Source of the DNA: Dehalococcoidia bacterium | GTDB taxonomy: Bacteria; Chloroflexota; Dehalococcoidia; Lucifugimonadales; Lucifugimonadaceae | Direction of reading: 5' to 3' | Length of the DNA: 64,000 bases | Assembly: GCA_034421215.1 (NCBI GenBank) | Contig: DAOUKO010000019.1 | Span: forward strand, 23,486 to 87,485 | Shown here: piece by piece, positions 9,053 through 16,952 of the stretch | How the letters are laid out: every line of letters starts with the position of its first letter | Numbering within the stretch: the first letter of the stretch is position 1 | Made by a program: the position numbers and the translations under genes | The notes under the pieces: generated by a model | The model's input: the letters and a program-made list of their open reading frames with translations, nothing else | The model's database searches: none | What the model was told of the DNA's origin: nothing

Positions 9053-10246
9053 GTGTCCGGCCCGCTCGAAGGCGTAAGAATCCTCGCAATATCGCAGTTC
9101 GGCGCCGGGCCCTTCGGTACCCAGGTACTGGCGGACCTCGGCGCGGAAGTCATCAAGATCGAAGACCCTCTATCCGGCGGAGACGTGGCGCGTTACGTGC
9201 CCCCATTCGAGATCGACCGCGACTCCCTGTATTTCCAGTCGTTCAATCGCGGCAAGAAGTCGGTTGCCATCAACCTGCGGAATCCGGACGGGTTGGAGGT
9301 CTTCCGAGACCTGGTGCGGGTCTCGGACGCCGTCTACAACAATCTGCGGGGAGACCTTCCCGCAAAGCTGGGAGTCGACTATGCCGGGCTCAAGCACCTG
9401 AACGAGGCGATAGTCTGCTGCTCCCTTTCCGGGTTTGGCCCGGTTGGACCCAGGAAGTCCCAGCCCGGGTACGACGCCATTCTCCAGGCCCTTTGCGGCT
9501 ACATGGACCTGACCGGCGAACCGGGAGGGCCACCTACCAAGTGCGGGGTCTCGATTATCGACTTCGCCGGCGGGCTGGCGGCGGCGCTGGGCCTGACCGC
9601 GGCGCTTGTCGAAGCGCGCAGGACCGGGGTCGGTCGTAACGTCGACGTGAGCCTGTTCAGCACGGCCATCTCGATGCTCTCGTACCTGGCTTCGTGGAAC
9701 CTGAACCGGGACTGGGAACCGGCGCGGACTGAAAGCTCTTCGCATCAGACGTTGGTCCCCTCCCAGAACTTCGAGACCTCCGACGGTTGGATTACGGTGT
9801 TTTGCGCAAAAGAAAAATTCTGGGAGTCGCTGGTCCAGCAGTTGGGACTGCCCGAACTTGCTGAGGACTCCCGCTTTTCGTCGTTCGCCGCGCGGAATGA
9901 AAACCGGGCCGAGCTACTGCCAACACTGGCAAAGAGATTCAGGGAACGGACGACGGCCGAATGGCTCGAGGCGATGTCTCCCCACCTGCCCTGCGCGCCT
10001 GTCAACGATGTTGGATCGGCGTTGCACGACCCCCAGGTCGCCGCGCTAGGCATGATCACCCGCACGCTTCATCCGGATTACGGCGAGATTTCGAGCGTTG
10101 GAAGTCCTATTCACTCCGGGAATTCGGAGAATAGTGAGACTCCCGCTCCCGGGCTCGGCGAGCACACCGAGGGAGTGCTTTACGACTTGCTCGGATACGA
10201 CTCTGACCGAGTGTCCAACTTAGTCAAGGGGGGCGCGGTTGCGTGA
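9053..10246 (+). CDS. Family III CoA-transferase (CaiB/BaiF)
   Basis: GPLEGVRILAISQFGAGPFGTQVLADLGAEVIKIEDP N-terminal signature. AAGGAGG lies upstream of the GTG start. Confidence 0.9.
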   Translation: MSGPLEGVRILAISQFGAGPFGTQVLADLGAEVIKIEDPLSGGDVARYVPPFEIDRDSLYFQSFNRGKKSVAINLRNPDGLEVFRDLVRVSDAVYNNLRGDLPAKLGVDYAGLKHLNEAIVCCSLSGFGPVGPRKSQPGYDAILQALCGYMDLTGEPGGPPTKCGVSIIDFAGGLAAALGLTAALVEARRTGVGRNVDVSLFSTAISMLSYLASWNLNRDWEPARTESSSHQTLVPSQNFETSDGWITVFCAKEKFWESLVQQLGLPELAEDSRFSSFAARNENRAELLPTLAKRFRERTTAEWLEAMSPHLPCAPVNDVGSALHDPQVAALGMITRTLHPDYGEISSVGSPIHSGNSENSETPAPGLGEHTEGVLYDLLGYDSDRVSNLVKGGAVA

Positions 10247-10524
10247 TCGACAGACGCCCGAAGCCCGCTTTCCATCCTGTGCAAAAGACATGGGACCAGA
10301 GGTCCAGTGGGCTGGACTCATACTGGCAATACCGGCCTGGGATTCCGTTTCGCGGGCCACTTGGTAGAATCTCCTGAATGTCATTATGCTACGGGCATAA
10401 ACTGGGATTTAGCGTTGTCCCATGATCCATCCGGTTGGGATTGCGAAGGGAATTCGGGCATGTACCGTCCAATAGGCGCGGGCAGGCAAACTGCCCGAGG
10501 TCTCTGTACGTCCGGGAGTCAGTC

Positions 10525-11655
10525 ATGCAGGAAACCATAGACGTTGGACCGGATGGTCTCGCGTTAAAGGCCACCATAAAGGTGGTTGGAGTTGGCGGCG
10601 GCGGTTCGAACGCAGTCAACAGGATGTACCGCGACCGTATTGCCGACATCGAGTACATCGCCGTCAACACCGACTCCCAGGCTCTCGAAAATTCCACGGT
10701 GCCATCCCGGCTCCGGGTTGGCGATCAGACCGCACGGGGACTTGGTGTCGGCGGGGACCCTACCAAAGGACGGGCGTGCCACGAGGAAAGCATCGAAGAA
10801 ATCCGCGAATCGCTCACCGGCGCGGACCTCATCTTCGTAGCGGCCGGCATGGGTGGCGGAACGGGCACGGGCGGTTCGCCCATAGTCGCGCAGACCGCAC
10901 GCGAGGTTGGCGCGCTGACGGTTGGGGTAGTCACGAAGCCATTCGCCTTCGAGGGTTCGCTCCGCATGAAGAAGGCCCTCGAGGGCATCGAGGAGATGAA
11001 GTCCTGCGTCGACACGCTGATCGTTATTCCCAATGACCGCCTTCTCGCCATTTCAGATGAGCGTCTGACCATGGAGAACGCATTTCGAATGGCCGACGGC
11101 ATCCTTCAACAGGGTGTGCAATCGATCGCCGAATTGATCCTGATTCCTGGTGAAATTAACCTGGACTTCGCCGACGTGCGCGCCGTGATGGAAAACGCCG
11201 GTCCGGCCTGGATGGCCATTGGTGAGGGTTCCGGACCGGACTGCGCCATAATCGCCGCGCAGGAAGCGGTCCGTTCACCGCTGCTCGAGGTGTCGATCGA
11301 CGGCGCCACAGGGGTGATTTTCAACGTCACCGGCGGCACCGACCTGACCCTGGAAAAGGTCCACCAGGCGGCGCAGGTAATCTCGGATATGGTCGACCCG
11401 GACGCAAACATCATCTTCGGTTCGGTTACCGACCCCAAGCTCGAAAACGAGGTCAAGCTAACCGTTATTGCGACTGGATTCCCGGTCGAAGAAGAAGAAC
11501 TGTTTACCGAGCCGGAACCCAGCGAAGAATTGGCGCCCGTGCAGGACCTCGACGCCGAGACGCTCTCTGTCCCGCCGTTCCTGCGCCACCATCCCGCGGC
11601 CAGGAGACGCATTCTTGCAGGCCGTCGCGTGCGGGGTACGCAAGGCTCTTCCTGA
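10525..11655 (+). CDS. ftsZ: Cell division GTPase FtsZ
   Basis: IKVVGVGGGGSNAVNRM and GMGGGTGTGGSPIVA tubulin signature motifs. Start taken as ATG 10525 (MQETIDVG...). Confidence 0.95.
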   Translation: MQETIDVGPDGLALKATIKVVGVGGGGSNAVNRMYRDRIADIEYIAVNTDSQALENSTVPSRLRVGDQTARGLGVGGDPTKGRACHEESIEEIRESLTGADLIFVAAGMGGGTGTGGSPIVAQTAREVGALTVGVVTKPFAFEGSLRMKKALEGIEEMKSCVDTLIVIPNDRLLAISDERLTMENAFRMADGILQQGVQSIAELILIPGEINLDFADVRAVMENAGPAWMAIGEGSGPDCAIIAAQEAVRSPLLEVSIDGATGVIFNVTGGTDLTLEKVHQAAQVISDMVDPDANIIFGSVTDPKLENEVKLTVIATGFPVEEEELFTEPEPSEELAPVQDLDAETLSVPPFLRHHPAARRRILAGRRVRGTQGSS

Positions 11656-11745
11656 CGGACTCGCCCCTCATCTTCAGGCGAACGGCGAGGCCGCCCGGAA
11701 AGCGCGTCGCGAACTGCTCCAGGGTTGATGGCAGGCGCGGGCCCG

Positions 11746-12207
11746 TTAGAGCAACGCGTCCAGGGCGCGGTTAGCTACGGCAGTCGGGCCGTTCAATCGG
11801 GGATCCGCGACCACTGTGAACGCCTCCGCAAGCGCCCCCAGCATCGGATTCGGCGCAGCGACGACGCGGTAGGTCAGCTTGGTCACGCGCTTGTTGAGTC
11901 TTTGCGCCAGCGGGCCGGACTTGGCGCGCGTTTCTGCGTTCTTAGGTGAAGCGCGCAAGTCCTGCATCGCCATGAGAGTCCGGAATTCGTGAGCCGAACC
12001 GCCGGCCAGGCAGACTCGCGTGTCGCGAGCGATGTTGCCGCTCGAGCCGATGTAAACGGGACCCGCCTCGTCGAATATAGCCAGCAGCCCGGGTTTATCG
12101 CCTAGCATCCACGTGCCCTCAGGTGTCAGCGGCAGGGATATGCCCTCCACCAGGTCATGGTAAAGCGGCTCCCATTTTCCAAGATGGCCTGGCGTGAAAG
12201 TCGACAT
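11746..12207 (-). CDS. Hypothetical protein with GIY-YIG-like motif
   Basis: 153-aa ORF. GLLAIFDEAGPVYIGSSGNIARD resembles the GIY...YIG nuclease motif. No other recognisable features. Confidence 0.4.
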   Translation of the reverse strand: MSTFTPGHLGKWEPLYHDLVEGISLPLTPEGTWMLGDKPGLLAIFDEAGPVYIGSSGNIARDTRVCLAGGSAHEFRTLMAMQDLRASPKNAETRAKSGPLAQRLNKRVTKLTYRVVAAPNPMLGALAEAFTVVADPRLNGPTAVANRALDALL

Positions 12208-12449
12208 GACGACCCCTACTTTAACTCGCGCCGTGCCAGATGATTATCGCCAAGTCGGCAGATCCTCCCGAATTGGGCCTGATACAGGCCGCGCTTCGGC
12301 GGCGTCCGCGGCCATGCGCCCAACCTCCAACGGACCGCACCTTTCCCGACACGCCGCGGCGGTGAAATGCTAGCCTGCATTCTCTCCAGTACGCAGGCTG
12401 GCGCCTCGACTGCCGGCATTCGCCCGTTCACTAAAACCGGAGCGTAGTT

Positions 12450-13880
12450 TTGCAAGACTCTGACCCCACCATAATCACCGGCGGACACGTGTTGGACCCT
12501 GTGAACGGGGTTGACGGCGTGTCCGACATTCTGATCAGGCGCGGCCGCATCGAACGCCTCGCCGAGTCCGTTCAGAGACCGGGAGGCGTCAATGTCATCG
12601 ACGCCTCCGGCACATACGTGATGCCGGGCCACATCGACCTCCACGCACACGTCTCCTCCGCCTGGCAACGAAATACGGACCGCGCCGTAGGCCATCGCAT
12701 GCTGGTGGAGAGCGGCACGACCACGATTCTCGACCTGGCGGGTGAGCCGAACCGCATGATCGAAGGCATGAGGCGGGACGGAGCCGGACTCAATGTAGCG
12801 ACTCTGCTGGGCTTGATACCGCACGAGACCATAAAGGAAGACGACCCGCGCCCCCCGGCGGTCCGCGATGCGATCGGGAGCACGCTGGAGCAAGGCGCCA
12901 TCGGCGTAAAGCTCCTGGGCGGGTACCACCCGTTCACACCCGAGGCCACCGCCGACGTGGTGTCCGTCGCCAACGAAATGGGCGCCTGGGTGGCGTACCA
13001 CGTTGGTTCCAAGGACAGCGGTAGCCACATCGACGGCTTGCGCGAGGTCCCCGGCATCGTCGGAAACGGCCGGCTTCACGTTGCCCACATCAACTCGTAC
13101 TGCCGGGGGCTCATCATGTCCGCGCCGGAGGAATCGAACGAAGCCCTGCGCATCCTGGGAGGAATGCGGGGACAGGTCGTGACCGAGGCATACCTCGCCC
13201 AGCAGAACGGCACGAACGGTCTCTGCGACGAAGACGGCAACGTGGTCTACAACGTCGCGCAAAACTGCCTCGTCACACGCGGGTACCCGACGAACGAAGA
13301 GGGTCTCCGGCAAGCGATGCGAGACGGCTACTGTTCCGCGCTCAAACCTGAAGGCGACCGGATCGTACTGGTGACCGGGGACGAGGCTATAAAGATCTGG
13401 GAATCGGCACAGACCGCCGCCGGGTTGAGCTTCCCGGTCAATCCGGCATCGACCGCCTACACGCTCACCACGGCGCGCCATGATGACGGCGACTGGGCCA
13501 TCGACGCGGTCAGCACAGACGGCGGCGCGCTGCCCAGGAACGTGTCGATCAGTCGTACTTTTGCGCTGGTGGGATTCGGCGCCCTATCGCCCCTCGAAGC
13601 AGCGGACAAACTGTCGTATCGTCCGTCACGCGCGTTCGGCCTGCTGGACAAGGGGCACTTTTCGGAGGGCGCGGACGCCGATGTCACAATTGTGGACCGG
13701 TCAACGGGTACCGCCACGATGTCGCTAGTCGCCGGGAAGCCGATCATGGTCGACGGAAAGGCGGTCGCCAAGGGCGGAACGTGGCTGGTGACCGCGGCCG
13801 GCGAAGGCGCGGCGCGGGCGAGCGGTCTGCCGTACCAGGTAATCGACCTCGAACAGTCGAAGCTGTACGAGGGCTGGTAA
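12450..13880 (+). CDS. Metal-dependent amidohydrolase (dihydroorotase / D-aminoacylase-like)
   Basis: ITGGHVLDPVNG...VIDASGTYVMPGHIDLHAHV (HxH metal motif). TTG start with GGAG 7 nt upstream. Confidence 0.8.
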   Translation: MQDSDPTIITGGHVLDPVNGVDGVSDILIRRGRIERLAESVQRPGGVNVIDASGTYVMPGHIDLHAHVSSAWQRNTDRAVGHRMLVESGTTTILDLAGEPNRMIEGMRRDGAGLNVATLLGLIPHETIKEDDPRPPAVRDAIGSTLEQGAIGVKLLGGYHPFTPEATADVVSVANEMGAWVAYHVGSKDSGSHIDGLREVPGIVGNGRLHVAHINSYCRGLIMSAPEESNEALRILGGMRGQVVTEAYLAQQNGTNGLCDEDGNVVYNVAQNCLVTRGYPTNEEGLRQAMRDGYCSALKPEGDRIVLVTGDEAIKIWESAQTAAGLSFPVNPASTAYTLTTARHDDGDWAIDAVSTDGGALPRNVSISRTFALVGFGALSPLEAADKLSYRPSRAFGLLDKGHFSEGADADVTIVDRSTGTATMSLVAGKPIMVDGKAVAKGGTWLVTAAGEGAARASGLPYQVIDLEQSKLYEGW

Positions 13881-13927
13881 CGGCGCGGGAGCCCGATCCA
13901 GCATGCAAACCGCACCAGGAGTCCAAG

Positions 13928-15445
13928 TTGCCTGACGACCGGCCGAACATCCTGATCCTGATGGCTGACCAACTGAAGGCCACCGCCCTTGGCCTGTACG
14001 GCAATCCCGACGTTTCCACGCCCAACCTGGAGCGTCTTGCGGAATCGGGGATTCTTTATTACCGGCATTACGTAACCGCGCCGATGTGTGTCCCGTCGCG
14101 GGTCGCCTTCTGGACAGGCATGTATCCGCACAACACCGGCGTGCGCCACAACCAGGTACTCATGCCAGAGCACCGGGTCCACTTCGCGCGGCACCTATCC
14201 GACGCCGGTTACCGCATGGCGCTCATCGGCAAGGACCACTGCTTCCAGGGTCCCGACAAGGACCTGTTCACCACCCGCGTCGAAGCGGGGCACGTCGGGC
14301 TGACCAAAACTGAGGGTGACAGCGATGCCCGGGCGGTTGCCGACTTTCTGAAGGCTCCTGCGTTCAACCAGTCGGTCACGCACGCCGCGACCATCCCCTA
14401 CCCACCCGTAGCTTGTACGTCGAGCCGGATCGCGGCGAGGACCGCGCATTACCTGGAGGAAAGCGCAGCTTCAGGAGACGCGCCTTTTTGCGCGTGGGTC
14501 TCGTTCCCCGATCCGCACCATCCGCTCGCTGCTCCCGAGCCCTACGCCTCCATGTACAGCCCGGAAAACATCGAAATGCCCCCGCACAGGGTTGATGACC
14601 TCGAAGCCAAAATGGAGCGCTTGCTTGTCTACCGCCACCTGATGGGACTCGACCGCACTACTGAGGAGGAACTCCGGAGCGCCGTGGCGATGTACTACGG
14701 GATGATCAGATACCTCGACGACGCCATCGGCGCCATCCTCCAGTCCCTCCATGAGACCGGGCTCGCGGAGAACACGATTGTGGTGTTCACGGCGGACCAC
14801 GGCGACTACGCAGGCGAACACGGCCTGATGCTGAAGTCGGGCACGTTCTACGACTGCATGACCCGCGTGCCGCTGATAGTTTCCTGGCCCGGCGGACTGG
14901 AGCGCGGCGTGACGCGGCGCGAGTTGGTGAGCAACATAGACATCATGCCGACGGTCGCGTCGCTGATCGGCCTCGACGGCCCGGCGCCTGTGTACGGCCG
15001 GCTACTGCCGGGGGCGGGCGGGACAGGCCGGGAGGCGGTTTTCGCCGAGCACGGCGCCGGCGGGCCGCGCGTGCTGATGTCTGACCTGCACAGGTACCCC
15101 GACTATACGGACCCGAATCCGGTCGTCCACATCCGCCTGATGCACGCACGCAACGCCGAGGGCCGGCCGAAGATGATTCGAACAGACCGCTGGAAGTACA
15201 TCTACGACCCCATGGACCCCGTCGACGAGTTGTACGACATGGAAGCCGACCCATGGGAATTGACCAACCTGGCGGAGCAACCTTCGATGGCTGCGACTCG
15301 CCAGGAATTGCGGGGCATGTTGCTGCGCTGGGCCGTAATGACCGAGGACCACTCCGCCACGCCGCTCTACTCCGAACCGGACACCCTTCGCGACACTCCG
15401 GACGGCGGACCCCGGTACTACTTCAACGACTTGTCCGACCTCTGA
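13928..15445 (+). CDS. Cys-type sulfatase (arylsulfatase family)
   Basis: PNILILMADQ and the formylglycine motif CVPSRVAFWTG. I prefer the in-frame TTG at 13928, because the track start 13781 overlaps the preceding CDS by 100 nt. No signal peptide is evident. Confidence 0.85.
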   Translation: MPDDRPNILILMADQLKATALGLYGNPDVSTPNLERLAESGILYYRHYVTAPMCVPSRVAFWTGMYPHNTGVRHNQVLMPEHRVHFARHLSDAGYRMALIGKDHCFQGPDKDLFTTRVEAGHVGLTKTEGDSDARAVADFLKAPAFNQSVTHAATIPYPPVACTSSRIAARTAHYLEESAASGDAPFCAWVSFPDPHHPLAAPEPYASMYSPENIEMPPHRVDDLEAKMERLLVYRHLMGLDRTTEEELRSAVAMYYGMIRYLDDAIGAILQSLHETGLAENTIVVFTADHGDYAGEHGLMLKSGTFYDCMTRVPLIVSWPGGLERGVTRRELVSNIDIMPTVASLIGLDGPAPVYGRLLPGAGGTGREAVFAEHGAGGPRVLMSDLHRYPDYTDPNPVVHIRLMHARNAEGRPKMIRTDRWKYIYDPMDPVDELYDMEADPWELTNLAEQPSMAATRQELRGMLLRWAVMTEDHSATPLYSEPDTLRDTPDGGPRYYFNDLSDL

Positions 15446-15463
15446 GCCAGCCTGTCGGTAGAG

Positions 15464-16114
15464 CTATGAAACGACCCAGTGCTCGGATTCAGGACCGTTT
15501 CGGACGGCGGTCGATGAGATGTTCTCTCTGAATGTGGATAGCGGGATCGCTTCCAGCAGGTTTTCGAACTCCGCCGGTACTTTAATATCATCGAGGGTTA
15601 CAAGGCCGCGGCCGTCGATCATTCTCCCGGCCACCAGCACGCGGCACCGGTTCCTGCGCAATTCATTCAACGCCCGGGCGGCGGGTGAGACCCGGGACTG
15701 GCGACTGCCCTGGTCGTTTTCGCGGCCGTAGTACCGGTCTGCAAGTAGCCGTTCGGCGGTATCTACTCCGGTCACGAAGACCGATCCGGGCATAAGCCTG
15801 GACTTTTCGACAAACGTCGGGGCGTCCGTCACGATCACGGGCGCCAACGCGGCAAACTGCGCCAACCTTCTCCTCAACTCATGCTGGGACAGTCTCGGCT
15901 TGTCTACGTTTTCTATGGATAGCTCGAAGAAGCCGGGGAGGCCGGTGATTTTCCGGGCCGCGTTGAGCAGGCTAACGTGACCCCGGTGAAGCGGGTTGAA
16001 TGACGCCGCCAACACCGCCGCGTTTTTGGGGGCGACCGAGCGCTGTCTGCCGTCAGGTTCCAGGACGACGAGCGAGACTTCGCCCGAATAGAGAAGGTCA
16101 ATCAGGTCTTCCAC
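15464..16114 (-). CDS. Nucleotidyltransferase, NadD/NMNAT-like
   Basis: SFNPLHRGH (HxGH nucleotidyltransferase motif) and C-terminal ENISSTAVR (ISSTxxR motif of NaMN adenylyltransferases). Confidence 0.6.
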   Translation of the reverse strand: MEDLIDLLYSGEVSLVVLEPDGRQRSVAPKNAAVLAASFNPLHRGHVSLLNAARKITGLPGFFELSIENVDKPRLSQHELRRRLAQFAALAPVIVTDAPTFVEKSRLMPGSVFVTGVDTAERLLADRYYGRENDQGSRQSRVSPAARALNELRRNRCRVLVAGRMIDGRGLVTLDDIKVPAEFENLLEAIPLSTFRENISSTAVRNGPESEHWVVS

Positions 16115-16145
16115 GTGGTTTTCGCCAGGTGCGCCGGTCCGGCGC

Positions 16146-16706
16146 CTATGCCCGGTCGGTCAATTGTCGCCCGACGAGGGATTCTACGTCGAACAGGGGC
16201 AGGGCGACTCGTTCCCGGACGCCGCATGCTTCTGCGAGTGTGTTGAGAAAGAGCCGGCTGACTACCTCTTCTTCTCCGGCGCGATCGCGCGCTCCCTTCA
16301 CGAGAGTGAGGGAATACACCTTGCCCCCGTCGTCACGTCTCCACGCTACCGCGCAACGATGCTCACCTTTCTTTATGCGATCGGTAGCTATCGTGGCCGT
16401 GCACGCAACCCCGGCAAGTAGTCCGGGTGACCCGCACAGATTTCGCCCCCGCTTCAGCGCGGCCGCAGCCATGCGGTCGGCCTCGAGGGCCGAGACGTGC
16501 TGCTCAGCGTCCACACCAACGTACTCGTCCAACGCCCGCATCGAGTAAGGCACCTGCGCGTCAAGAAAGGTCCTCGACGCGCCCGGCTCGCCGAACAACC
16601 ACGCCAACGACAACACCCCCGCGCCCGTCACCACCGCGCAGACCCGCGTCGGCGCGGCATGGATGAGCCTAACCAATTCGACCGGTTCAATCTTGTTTGC
16701 CGTCAT
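16146..16706 (-). CDS. CinA C-terminal-domain / PncC-like (NMN deamidase family) protein
   Basis: VVTGAGVLSLAWLFGEPGASRTFLDAQVPYS resembles the CinA/PncC core (TGG..L....PG.S..F.GG.V.YS). It lies 31 nt upstream of the NadD-like gene on the same strand. Confidence 0.55.
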   Translation of the reverse strand: MTANKIEPVELVRLIHAAPTRVCAVVTGAGVLSLAWLFGEPGASRTFLDAQVPYSMRALDEYVGVDAEQHVSALEADRMAAAALKRGRNLCGSPGLLAGVACTATIATDRIKKGEHRCAVAWRRDDGGKVYSLTLVKGARDRAGEEEVVSRLFLNTLAEACGVRERVALPLFDVESLVGRQLTDRA

Positions 16707-16827
16707 GGCGTGATTCTACGGCTCCCTGGCGCAGCGAATAGGCGCGTCCTCACAAGAATGGCCGAGTCTACATTTCCAGTCGCCTGGGGGCGTATGAATT
16801 GACGGCTCCAGGGCGTATAAATGTATC

Positions 16828-16844
16828 CAGGGAATTATTCCCTG
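16828..16844. promoter_or_regulatory. Perfect 8-1-8 palindrome, candidate operator
   Basis: CAGGGAAT-T-ATTCCCTG sits in the divergent intergenic region between the CinA-like gene and the MMPL gene. It is flanked by repeated CGTATAAA words. Confidence 0.3.
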
Positions 16845-16952
16845 CCCGCAGTTTTTATCAAAGGTAGACGCTGAAAGACGATACGCCGGCTCGCCGTCGT
16901 CGTATCAACACGTATAAACCGTTTCTGAATTCGTTTTGGGTGCGATAGAGCG

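Noticed and set aside
12216-13481. 421-aa minus-strand ORF opposite the amidohydrolase gene
   Set aside because: It is an Arg/Ala/Gly/Val-rich, low-complexity shadow ORF of the kind expected in GC-rich DNA. The + strand ORF has clear amidohydrolase motifs and this one has none.
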